NCBI GenBank assembly: GCA_012837615.1
Contig: DUQX01000037.1
Location: 76 to 64,075, forward strand
From: Bacillota bacterium
GTDB lineage: Bacteria > Bacillota > Dethiobacteria > DTU022 > UBA8154
Direction: 5' to 3'
DNA length: 64,000 bases
Positions within the stretch are counted from its first letter, which is position 1. Every line of letters starts with the position of its first letter. The translations under genes and the position numbers were made by a program. The notes under the pieces are model-generated. The model worked only from the letters and a program-made list of their open reading frames with translations. It searched no databases and was not told where the DNA came from. Positions 56,655 through 64,000 of this stretch are shown here, piece after piece.

Positions 56655-56884
56655 ATGAAAAGCTAGTGAAAAGATTATAAGGGGAATAGTTTTTAATGGT
56701 TATTACTGATAAATATCTTCGGATAGCAATCGGAGCAGAAATGGAAGAGACGTGAATATTGTTTTTTATTTTTTTGAAAATTATGAAGATGAACGGTTAA
56801 AAAAATGAGCTGAATGCAGGATTTTTGCGGATAATATAGAAATGCAGATTGTTAGGTCATTGAAAAAGATTGCGGGAGGAAAAA

Positions 56885-58054
56885 ATGATATTACCTGATT
56901 ATATTGGACCATGCGCTTTTGGAGTCAAGATGGGTGTAATACTTCCGGGCTGCGATTTACTGGTGATGATTCTAAATGTTTTAAAAAAGGCAGAACATGA
57001 CGGGCTTCTCTCTGATGGAGATACAATCTGCATTACAGAATCTATTGTGGCGCGGGCACAAAATAATTTTGTCACCATTGCCGAAGTGAGCGAAGAAATC
57101 AGAAAGAAGCTTTCGCTTTCGCCGGAACAGAAAATTGGAGTTCTTTTTCCGATTACCAGCCGCAACCGCTTTGCCATGGTACTTGAAGGTATAGCGAAGG
57201 CTGTTCCCAAGGGCGAGGTTTTGATCCAGTTTTCCTATCCTGCCGACGAGGTGGGTAATCAGCTTATTCCGCCGGATGTGGCTGAAGAGTTGGCAAATAA
57301 AAAAGGCGATTACATTACCCCTGAAGATTTCGGACAAAGCTATGTTCATCCAATAACAGGGGTCGACTATATACAGCTATATGCGGATATCGTTGCCAAA
57401 GCGGGCGCGCGTCCTAAGATTTTTTTGAGCAATAATCCCTTAAGTATACTAAAACACGACCCACAGGCCGTTATCGTGGCTGATGTTCATTCCAGAGAAA
57501 AGACTAGAAGCAGGATCGCTCCCTACCTGGATAATTGTATTACCCTTCAAGAAATTTTTAGCGATAATAACCGGGAGGTTTGGTCAGAGTGGGGTTTGCT
57601 CGGCAGCAATATGTCTTCAGGGAGCAAAATAAAGCTGGCACCGAGGGAAGCTGACAGTTTTGCCCTTAATCTACAGAGGCGAGTGCTGGCTGAAATGGGT
57701 AAGAAAATAGAGGTTATTGTGTATGGAGATGGCGCTTATAAGGATCCAAGTAGCGGCATCTACGAGCTGGCGGATCCGCTTCCGGCCTTTGGGGTGACGC
57801 CGGGGGTAAATAACCTTCGCAAAGGAGTAAAGTATAAGTATCTGGTAGATATTTATCACGAGGAAGGAAAATCTGAGCAAGAAATCCTGGAAATCCTTGA
57901 AAAAGAGGTGGGGAAGGATAGAAAGCCGGATAGTATTGAAACAGAGGGCACTACCCCTAGACGTATGCAGGATGTTCTGGCAAGCCTTGCCGACCTTGTA
58001 AGCGGTTCGGCTGATGCGGGGACCCCGCTGGTTATTGTGAAAGGTATCTGTTAA
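56885..58054 (+). CDS. CofE-like (F420-0:gamma-glutamyl ligase family) protein, long form
   Basis: 'LSDGDTICITESIVARAQNNFV' and the C-terminal 'LADLVSGSADAGTPLVIVKG' resemble the F420_ligase fold, and ~140 extra residues are inserted. ATG 56885 follows GGGAGGA. Confidence 0.65.
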   Translation: MILPDYIGPCAFGVKMGVILPGCDLLVMILNVLKKAEHDGLLSDGDTICITESIVARAQNNFVTIAEVSEEIRKKLSLSPEQKIGVLFPITSRNRFAMVLEGIAKAVPKGEVLIQFSYPADEVGNQLIPPDVAEELANKKGDYITPEDFGQSYVHPITGVDYIQLYADIVAKAGARPKIFLSNNPLSILKHDPQAVIVADVHSREKTRSRIAPYLDNCITLQEIFSDNNREVWSEWGLLGSNMSSGSKIKLAPREADSFALNLQRRVLAEMGKKIEVIVYGDGAYKDPSSGIYELADPLPAFGVTPGVNNLRKGVKYKYLVDIYHEEGKSEQEILEILEKEVGKDRKPDSIETEGTTPRRMQDVLASLADLVSGSADAGTPLVIVKGIC

Positions 58055-59573
58055 GGGTAAAAACAAATAGAATAATGCAGCAAAGGAAGAGAAAGTAATC
58101 TCCCCAGCAACGATACAAGGTCGTGCGCTGCGGGAGATTTGTTTCGAGCAGGGCGATCCCATCTTCCGTACGCGGCAAACTTAATATTTTCCTCCCCTTA
58201 TAGTCAAAGGAAATTGTATAACCGGTATTGGCGACCTGGGTGACCCCCAATCCTGTTTCAACCGCCCTGATTGCCGCCGCCTGGGCATGCTGTTCCATGC
58301 CGCTACTTTCAAAAAACCAGGCGTCGTTGCTCAGCACAAAAAGGTGTTCCGCTCCTTTTTGTGCTGTTTTGAGAGCGGGATCAGAGAAATAGGATTCAAA
58401 ACAGATAATCCCGCCTATATCCCAGTTGCCAAGATTAAAGAGCCGAATATCTGTGCCGGGGGTGTAAGTGCCCAGGGATATTTTTGCAGGCCAGATCTTG
58501 TTTAACAGCCCAGGAAAGGGGAAATACTCCGCAAAAGGGACGAGCCTTATTTTGTCGTAGCGCTGTTTTCCTTGGCTTTCCCGGCTGCTTTTTTGCAGCA
58601 AGATGGAGTTGTAAGTATTCCCTTCCTCATGATCGGTGTACATGGCGCCCAGCAAGATGGGCGCTCCTGTTTCTTCCGCCAGAAGCATTATTTCCTTTTC
58701 TGCTTCAGGGTAGTAGTGTGCTACGCTCGTGGAGAAGACGGTCTCCGGCCAGACAATCAGATCCAGGGGGGCAAATAACCTGTATGCCTTACCGGTAAGT
58801 TCGAGGTATTTCTGAAAATTGTCTTTCGCACTGGAAGGGTTCAAGATATCCTTCTGAGGGATATTGCCCTGTATCAGGGCAATACGAAAAATATCGCTTT
58901 TTTCTTCTGCCGGGAAAAAGGAAGGAAGAATTATTCCGCTTCCCAGCATGGTTAAAAAAATTATTAGCGGCAAGAGCAATTTCCGTAGCGGTGAGCCCTT
59001 TTTTGCTTTTAGCGCGGTGAACCGGAAAAAGATGATTGTCTGCAAGAAAATAATTAAGAAAGGAAGTCCCCAGTAACCGTAAAGCGATGCGGCTTGTAGG
59101 ATTGGAGTGTAGTTGCTCTGGCTGTAACCTAAAAAACCGCCTGTATGCCCCAGAAGTCCCAACGAGCGAAAATATTCCAGCAGCACCCATGCGGCGGGTG
59201 CAGCCATGATGGAAAGAGTTATATTTTTGCCTTTCAGGGAGAAAGAAAAGAAAAGAGAGAATAATCCAAAGAAAATGGCGGAATATAATGAGGCGGCGAA
59301 TACGACCAGATAGCCGAGATAAGGCGGAAAAAGAAAATTAACCGCTACCGCCATGTAAGAATAAAGATACAGGAAAAAGAACATTCCGGTAATGAATCCG
59401 CCTAAAAAAATGCTTATTCGGGTGGAGCTGTCCAGGTGCCGGTATAAGAAATAAAAAAGAGGCAAAAAACTTATCCAGGCCAGATAACCCTGGTTCCAGG
59501 GCGGGAAACTCAGGATGAGTAAAAAGGAGGAAAAAAGTGGCAAAGCCCAATAGCCGATCCTACTCCGTTGCAA
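58032..59573 (-). CDS. lnt: Apolipoprotein N-acyltransferase
   Basis: N-terminal polytopic domain plus a CN-hydrolase domain carrying the E-K-C triad context ('IVWPETVF', 'YDKIRLVPFAEYFP', 'GGIICFESYF'). I prefer TTG 59573 (8 nt after AGGAAGG); GTG 59582 is the alternative. Confidence 0.85.
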   Translation of the reverse strand: MQRSRIGYWALPLFSSFLLILSFPPWNQGYLAWISFLPLFYFLYRHLDSSTRISIFLGGFITGMFFFLYLYSYMAVAVNFLFPPYLGYLVVFAASLYSAIFFGLFSLFFSFSLKGKNITLSIMAAPAAWVLLEYFRSLGLLGHTGGFLGYSQSNYTPILQAASLYGYWGLPFLIIFLQTIIFFRFTALKAKKGSPLRKLLLPLIIFLTMLGSGIILPSFFPAEEKSDIFRIALIQGNIPQKDILNPSSAKDNFQKYLELTGKAYRLFAPLDLIVWPETVFSTSVAHYYPEAEKEIMLLAEETGAPILLGAMYTDHEEGNTYNSILLQKSSRESQGKQRYDKIRLVPFAEYFPFPGLLNKIWPAKISLGTYTPGTDIRLFNLGNWDIGGIICFESYFSDPALKTAQKGAEHLFVLSNDAWFFESSGMEQHAQAAAIRAVETGLGVTQVANTGYTISFDYKGRKILSLPRTEDGIALLETNLPQRTTLYRCWGDYFLFLCCIILFVFTLNRYLSQ

Positions 59574-59778
59574 AGAGATCACCTTCCTAATGTCAGTGTA
59601 TCAGAAAGAGTGTGTTTCTTAAAGATTGAATTTTTGATAATGAAAAGAACCGGCTAACGTATATTTTTTCGGTTATTTTTTCATCAAAAACCGATTGACG
59701 ATTATTTATAAATATGTTTTAATATAAGTTGGTTTGAGCTTTATATATAATAATTACATTACTTGGGAGGAGATAGTT

Positions 59779-59952
59779 ATGCCGGCAAAGGTTGATGTGG
59801 AAAAATGTACCGGGTGCGGCAGTTGTGCAGATGTATGCCCCTGTGAGGCTATTACAGTAGATGATGTAGCTACTGTGGATCCAGACGAGTGCACAGATTG
59901 CGGTTCCTGTGTAGACGAATGCCCTGAAGAAGCTATTACATTGGACGATTAA
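59779..59952 (+). CDS. fdx: 2x[4Fe-4S] ferredoxin (57 aa)
   Basis: 'CTGCGSCADVCP' and 'CTDCGSCVDECP'. ATG 59779 follows GGGAGGAG. Confidence 0.9.
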   Translation: MPAKVDVEKCTGCGSCADVCPCEAITVDDVATVDPDECTDCGSCVDECPEEAITLDD

Positions 59953-59986
59953 ATAAAAACTAAAGTTTTTGGTATTCATATGTTAA

Positions 59987-60030
59987 TTAAAGGTACGGTG
60001 TTAATAACGCCGTACCTTTAATTCTGTTTA
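59987..60030 (+). terminator. Terminator after the ferredoxin gene
   Basis: TTAAAGGTACGG (59987-59998) pairs with CCGTACCTTTAA (60010-60021), followed by a T-rich tail. Confidence 0.7.
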
Positions 60031-60117
60031 TTACGTAAGGATCTAAAGTAATGATATTTATATCGTTGCTGTATCTGGGTCAATAATGAGTAAAAAAGAA
60101 AAATCCCAATACTGGAG

Positions 60118-60146
60118 TTGACAGAAGAAAGAAGAGTGGCTATAAT
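60118..60146 (+). promoter_or_regulatory. Consensus sigma-A promoter (TTGACA-17-TATAAT) upstream of tRNA-Ala
   Basis: TTGACA at 60118-60123, a 17-nt spacer, and TATAAT at 60141-60146. The tRNA starts ~80 nt downstream of the predicted TSS. Confidence 0.6.
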
Positions 60147-60232
60147 GTAAAGGGCGTGGGAAAAAGGTTTTCTCAAAACATTACAGGGTAAAAAATAAGG
60201 AAAGGTCCGTTACTGATAAGCTAATATAATAT

Positions 60233-60307
60233 GGGGCTGTGGCGCAGTGGGAGCGCGCTTCCTTGGCATGGAAGAGGTCGCGGGTTCGACTCCCGCCAGC
60301 TCCACCA
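60233..60307 (+). tRNA. tRNA-Ala (anticodon GGC), CCA encoded
   Basis: Cloverleaf read by hand. The acceptor GGGGCUG/CAGCUCC has the G3:U70 Ala identity pair. The anticodon loop is UUGGCAU, the T-loop is UUCGACU, and the 3' end is ACCA. Confidence 0.93.
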
Positions 60308-60322
60308 TGTATATAAAAAAAT

Positions 60323-60349
60323 CTCGTCCCTAGTTGACGGGTTTTTTTT
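60323..60349 (+). terminator. Terminator after tRNA-Ala
   Basis: CTCGTC pairs with GACGGG (6 bp including one G-U), followed by TTTTTTTT. Confidence 0.7.
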
Positions 60350-60584
60350 ATATGAGCCAAAATCCATGGCATTACATTATATATGGTTTTAAGGGCAATA
60401 TTATGGTTTCAAGATCAACTTTTCCACTTTATTGAACGAACTTTCACGTTTTTCACTGCAGAGCTGGTCTGTAAGTTGAAGATGATTAGAAAAAATAGAG
60501 GTAAGCAAGCATTTATATATTAATATATCCTTTTTTTTGCATATTGCGCGCTGTTCAGCTTTTGATAAGATAATTACTGTGGTA

Positions 60585-60612
60585 TTGCCAAATGTATTTA
60601 TTGGGGTAGAAT
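60585..60612 (+). promoter_or_regulatory. Possible leuS promoter (TTGCCA-16-TAGAAT)
   Basis: TTGCCA at 60585-60590, a 16-nt spacer, and TAGAAT at 60607-60612. Confidence 0.35.
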
Positions 60613-60682
60613 AAGAGTTAGGTTAATTATACTCAAAATTCATAAACAATGTTGACAATCCATTTTTTGGGGGGTACGCACT

Positions 60683-63175
60683 GTGGAAGATTATAATGCA
60701 AAAGAGCTGGAAACTAAATGGCAGGCTTATTGGGCCAAAAATAATTTTTTTAGAAGCGAAATGGATAAGGAAAGGGAAAAATATTATGTCTTGGAAATGT
60801 TCCCCTACCCTTCCGGAAAACTCCATATGGGTCATATGAGGGTTTATTCTATCGGGGATGTTTTGGCTCGCTTCTTAAAAATGCGGGGGTTTAATGTCCT
60901 GCACCCCATGGGGTGGGATGCTTTTGGTTTACCGGCGGAGAACGCCGCTATCCAGCGCGGTGTCGATCCGTCAGAATGGACTGCCTCCAATATTGCTGCC
61001 ATGAAAGAACAACAAAATGCGCTGGGACTTAGTTATGACTGGGAACGTGAGGTGACTACCTGTTCTCCGGAATACTACCGCTGGAATCAGTGGCTATTCC
61101 TCCTATTTTATAAAAACGGCCTGGTCTATAAAAAAAAGGCCACCGTTAACTGGTGTCCTTCATGCAATACTGTTCTTGCCAATGAGCAGGTCGTTGATGG
61201 AGGGTGCTGGCGTTGTGGGAGCGAGGTCGCCCTGAAGGAGCTGGAACAGTGGTTTTTAAAGATCACGGATTATGCAGATCGCCTTTTGGACGATCTGAAG
61301 CTGCTGAAAGGCTGGCCGGATAGGGTAAAGATCATGCAAGAAAACTGGATCGGCCGCAGCACAGGCACTGATATCGTCTTTACGGTAAAGGAAACAGGAG
61401 ACGAACTGCGGGTCTTTACAACCAGGCCCGATACACTTTTTGGTGTTACTTATATGGTTCTGGCACCGGAGCACCCCCTGCTCGATAAATTAATCGCGGG
61501 AACCCCCCAGGAAGAAGAGGTCAGAGAGTTTATCCGGCAGATGCGCCGTGAAAGTGAAATTACCAGGACGTCTGCAGAAACGGAAAAAGTAGGACTTTTT
61601 ACGGGGGCACACGCTATTAATCCGGCAACCGGGGAGGCGGTCCCCATTCTTGTAGGCAATTATGTTCTCATGAGTTATGGAACCGGTGCTGTTATGGGTG
61701 TTCCGGCCCATGACCAGAGGGATTTTCTTTTTGCACAGAAATATAATTTGGATATCCGCGTAGTGGTTAATTCTCCGGACAAAGATCTGACCGCTTCGCC
61801 TTTAACGGAAGCCTATGAGGGTAGCGGGGTACTGGTTAATTCCGGTAAGTTTGACGGTATCCCGAACGAGGACGCTATAAAGGCGATTACCGACTGGCTT
61901 TCTGAACAGGGAAAAGGCAGCTATCAGGTGAGGTATCGCCTGCGGGACTGGCTTATTTCCCGCCAGCGCTATTGGGGGACTCCCATTCCGATTGTCTATT
62001 GTGATAATTGCGGGCCGGTGGCTGTCCCGGAAGAGGATTTACCTGTAACGCTGCCTACAGGGCTAAATATAGCCGGCAGGAGATCGCCCCTTGTCGATAA
62101 CGCTGACTTTTTGCATACGCAATGTCCTCAGTGCGGAGGGGGAGCCCGCCGCGAGACGGATACAATGGATACCTTTTTTTGCTCTTCCTGGTACTTCATG
62201 CGCTATGCTGATCCGAAACAGGATAAAGCTCCTTTCAGCAAGGAAAAGGTTGATTACTGGCTGCCCGTAGATCAGTATATCGGTGGAATCGAGCACGCCG
62301 TGCTCCACCTGCTTTATTCGCGCTTTTTTGCCAAGTTTCTTTATGACCAGGGGATGGTCGAGTTTCAAGAACCTTTTCAGCGCCTCTTAGCACAGGGTAT
62401 GGTTTACAAAGACGGTGCCAAGATGTCCAAATCCAGGGGCAATGTGGTTACCCCCGATGAGATTATTGACCGCTATGGTGCTGATACCGGGAGACTTTTT
62501 ATTCTGTTTGCGGCCCCTCCGGAAAAAGATCTGGATTGGAGTGACCGGGGTGTTGAAGGCTGCCATCGTTTTTTACGCCGTGTATGGCGCCTCTTTATAA
62601 CAAACCTGGATTTATTCGAAGATAACGGGCAAAACAAACCGGCCGATATGCCCCCCTTGGAAAAGGAAGAAAAAGGGCTGCTAAGGGCGATGCATGCGGC
62701 CATTAAAAAAGTAACCGGTGACATCGAGGAAAGATTTAATTTTAATACCGCCATTAGTGCGATCATGGAGCTGGTCAACGCTGCCTACGGTTACCTTAAC
62801 GATACTTCTCCTGAACGCAGAGAAAGCTTTTCTCCGCTGCTCCGCCGGGTAATGGAGACAATAATTATTTTGCTGGCGCCCTTTGCCCCCCATATAAGCG
62901 AGGAGCTCTGGCACAGGTGCGGGCACGAAGATAGCGTGCACCTGCAAAAATGGCCGGATTTCGACCCCCGTGCCTTGGCCGTTGAAGAAGCGGAAGTGGT
63001 TATCCAGGTAAATGGCAAGGTTAGAGGGAGGATCCTGATCCCGGTTGATTCTTCCGAAGATGAGCTCCTGGAGCGCGCCCGCAGTAACGAAAGAGTCCGG
63101 CCTTACCTGGAAGGGAAGGAGATTGTCAAAACAATAACGGTACCCGGAAAACTTGTAAATATAGTCGTTCGCTAA
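60683..63175 (+). CDS. leuS: Leucyl-tRNA synthetase
   Basis: '[12 protein letters not shown]' (HIGH), 'KMSKSRGN' (KMSKS), and a CP1 editing domain. GTG start. Confidence 0.98.
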   Translation: MEDYNAKELETKWQAYWAKNNFFRSEMDKEREKYYVLEMFPYPSGKLHMGHMRVYSIGDVLARFLKMRGFNVLHPMGWDAFGLPAENAAIQRGVDPSEWTASNIAAMKEQQNALGLSYDWEREVTTCSPEYYRWNQWLFLLFYKNGLVYKKKATVNWCPSCNTVLANEQVVDGGCWRCGSEVALKELEQWFLKITDYADRLLDDLKLLKGWPDRVKIMQENWIGRSTGTDIVFTVKETGDELRVFTTRPDTLFGVTYMVLAPEHPLLDKLIAGTPQEEEVREFIRQMRRESEITRTSAETEKVGLFTGAHAINPATGEAVPILVGNYVLMSYGTGAVMGVPAHDQRDFLFAQKYNLDIRVVVNSPDKDLTASPLTEAYEGSGVLVNSGKFDGIPNEDAIKAITDWLSEQGKGSYQVRYRLRDWLISRQRYWGTPIPIVYCDNCGPVAVPEEDLPVTLPTGLNIAGRRSPLVDNADFLHTQCPQCGGGARRETDTMDTFFCSSWYFMRYADPKQDKAPFSKEKVDYWLPVDQYIGGIEHAVLHLLYSRFFAKFLYDQGMVEFQEPFQRLLAQGMVYKDGAKMSKSRGNVVTPDEIIDRYGADTGRLFILFAAPPEKDLDWSDRGVEGCHRFLRRVWRLFITNLDLFEDNGQNKPADMPPLEKEEKGLLRAMHAAIKKVTGDIEERFNFNTAISAIMELVNAAYGYLNDTSPERRESFSPLLRRVMETIIILLAPFAPHISEELWHRCGHEDSVHLQKWPDFDPRALAVEEAEVVIQVNGKVRGRILIPVDSSEDELLERARSNERVRPYLEGKEIVKTITVPGKLVNIVVR

Positions 63176-63177
63176 AA

Positions 63178-63203
63178 GCTGCCTAGCAGGCAGCGAATTT
63201 TTT
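63178..63203 (+). terminator. Terminator after leuS
   Basis: GCTGCCT-AGC-AGGCAGC forms a hairpin followed by GAATTTTTT. Confidence 0.7.
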
Positions 63204-63342
63204 GATATCCATTGGCCTAAAAAAACTTCCGATATTTCTGCGGGCGGCAGGGGGTTTCCCTTGCGTCTTTCCAAAATGCGATAGAAAGACTTCAGGCTGT
63301 AGAACAAGTCCATGATCTCGTCAAGAGTAATGGCTTTAGGGT

Positions 63343-63369
63343 CCCCGCTAAATCCTGGATTTAGCGGGG
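63343..63369. repeat. 13-bp-arm perfect palindrome CCCCGCTAAATCC-T-GGATTTAGCGGGG
   Basis: Read directly. It sits in an ORF-poor region between leuS and the next sigma-factor gene. Confidence 0.7.
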
Positions 63370-63642
63370 TAAAAATAGAAAAAGCCTCTTTTCCAGCGAC
63401 TCAATCGGGGTTCCTTTTGGTTTTTCTTCAAGCGCAGTGGATAAATATTTGTTCCCCCGCTTGGTGTTACTGTCGTAAGAAGGGTATCTCCAGTGCGATT
63501 GTGCCTGCAGGTACAGTGATGTTTATACCAACTGGGGCTACGATAGTTCCCGTAATGTATATTTCACACTCATATTATCGTAACATGGTCATATAGTCCA
63601 GAAAATCTTTAATTTATAAATGTGCGCAACAAACATAAAATG

Positions 63643-63674
63643 CTTGCCACCGGGCAGGTTTTTCTTTTTTTATT
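63643..63674 (+). terminator. Strong rho-independent terminator with no assigned upstream gene
   Basis: CTTGCC-ACCG-GGCAGG followed by TTTTTCTTTTTTTATT, 125 nt upstream of the sigma gene start. Confidence 0.65.
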
Positions 63675-63799
63675 AAAGATGTACAATAAAAAAGATGTTA
63701 AAGGCTTTGAAGGGATAAAGTGAATTCCTCTGTCTATATATATGAGCGTCACCGATCGATAGGCAGTAGGCCGAAGATTACCCAGGAAGGGGGGGAGAG

Positions 63800-64000
63800 A
63801 TGAAACCTGAGGATCTTTTAATAAAGAAGGCGGCCGCCGGCGATAAAGCCGCCTATGAGCAACTGGTGGACAAATACAAGAAATACGTATTCGCTATTGT
63901 TTTAAATCTTACAAGAGACAATTTCCATGCCGAGAACATTGCCCAGGAAGTATTCCTGCAGGTTTACATCTCTCTACCCCAGTACAGGTTCGAGGGTTTC
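63800..64000 (+). CDS. ECF-type sigma-70 factor, 5' part (runs off the window)
   Basis: ATG 63800 follows GGGGGGAGAG. 'MKPEDLLIKKAAAGDKAAYEQLVDKYKKYVFAIVLNLTRDNFHAENIAQEVFLQVY' is a typical region-2 sequence. Confidence 0.8.
   Translation, partial: MKPEDLLIKKAAAGDKAAYEQLVDKYKKYVFAIVLNLTRDNFHAENIAQEVFLQVYISLPQYRFEGF

Noticed and set aside
57671-58162. 163-aa minus-strand ORF overlapping the CofE-like gene and the lnt 3' end
   Set aside because: It overlaps two better-supported genes out of frame or antisense, and has no recognisable motif.
62681-63313. 210-aa minus-strand ORF
   Set aside because: About 80% of it is antisense to leuS. Only its first ~45 codons lie in intergenic DNA, and there is no SD.
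63312-63596. 94-aa plus-strand ORF in the post-leuS region
   Set aside because: It has no SD and an odd composition. It reads straight through the 13-bp-arm palindrome, and both strands translate the same 'LNPGFSG' there. It is more likely non-coding.
1-64000. Search for CRISPR arrays, rRNA genes, and intact IS elements, integrases or phage blocks
   Set aside because: I saw no regularly spaced direct repeats, no rRNA-like sequence, and no transposase, integrase, or other integration/phage-block ORFs; the one excisionase-family HTH ORF (56463..56654) sits alone with none of these nearby. Only gene fragments are present, and these are reported separately.

Overview
This 64-kb window looks like chromosome from a moderate-GC, endospore-forming Firmicute of the Clostridia type. 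The evidence is purine-rich GGAGG Shine-Dalgarno sites, many TTG/GTG starts, and Bacillus-type synteny (tig-clpP-clpX-lonB-lonA-engB and valS-folC). I support about 50 protein genes and one tRNA-Ala(GGC). I found no rRNA, no CRISPR array and no intact mobile element.

Most of the content is housekeeping:
- azlCD, an ECF sigma/anti-sigma pair plus an HD-GYP protein, gdh and cinA
- carAB behind a PyrR-type attenuator
- an ABC-F ATPase, ttcA-like and nadE genes
- the Tig/Clp/Lon block, then birA-bioY-MFS behind a BirA-type operator
- ClC, valS-folC, lnt, a ferredoxin and leuS

The regions most worth a second look are:
1. An accessory island at about 24.5-32.1 kb, AT-rich in its regulatory half. 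A soluble double-GAF histidine kinase and a LuxR regulator sit divergent from a PhtD-like decarboxylase, two anion permeases and a class II aldolase-fold enzyme. Decayed gene remnants flank both sides: an antitoxin/PIN pair on one side and a truncated Crp regulator on the other.
2. A small AT-rich islet at 12.4-13.6 kb, holding a possibly FIST-like 324-aa protein and a small helical ORF with a frame anomaly at its start.
3. An orphan three-gene ATP-dependent radical-enzyme set at 43.1-46.4 kb (two 2-hydroxyacyl-CoA-dehydratase/BcrBC/double-cubane-family subunits plus an activase) with no CoA-handling partner nearby.
4. A stand-alone GltD-ferredoxin-MvhD fusion protein.
5. Several structured non-coding stretches that no feature explains. 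These are twin near-identical hairpins between valS and folC, a 198-nt carA-carB spacer closed by an 11-bp long-range inverted repeat, a terminator-bounded unit and a uORF upstream of the ABC-F gene, and a ~440-nt ORF-poor region after leuS with a 13-bp-arm palindrome and its own terminator.

Every call comes from reading the sequence and the supplied translations. No database search was run, so family names are recognitions from motifs and should be confirmed with HMM or covariance-model searches.
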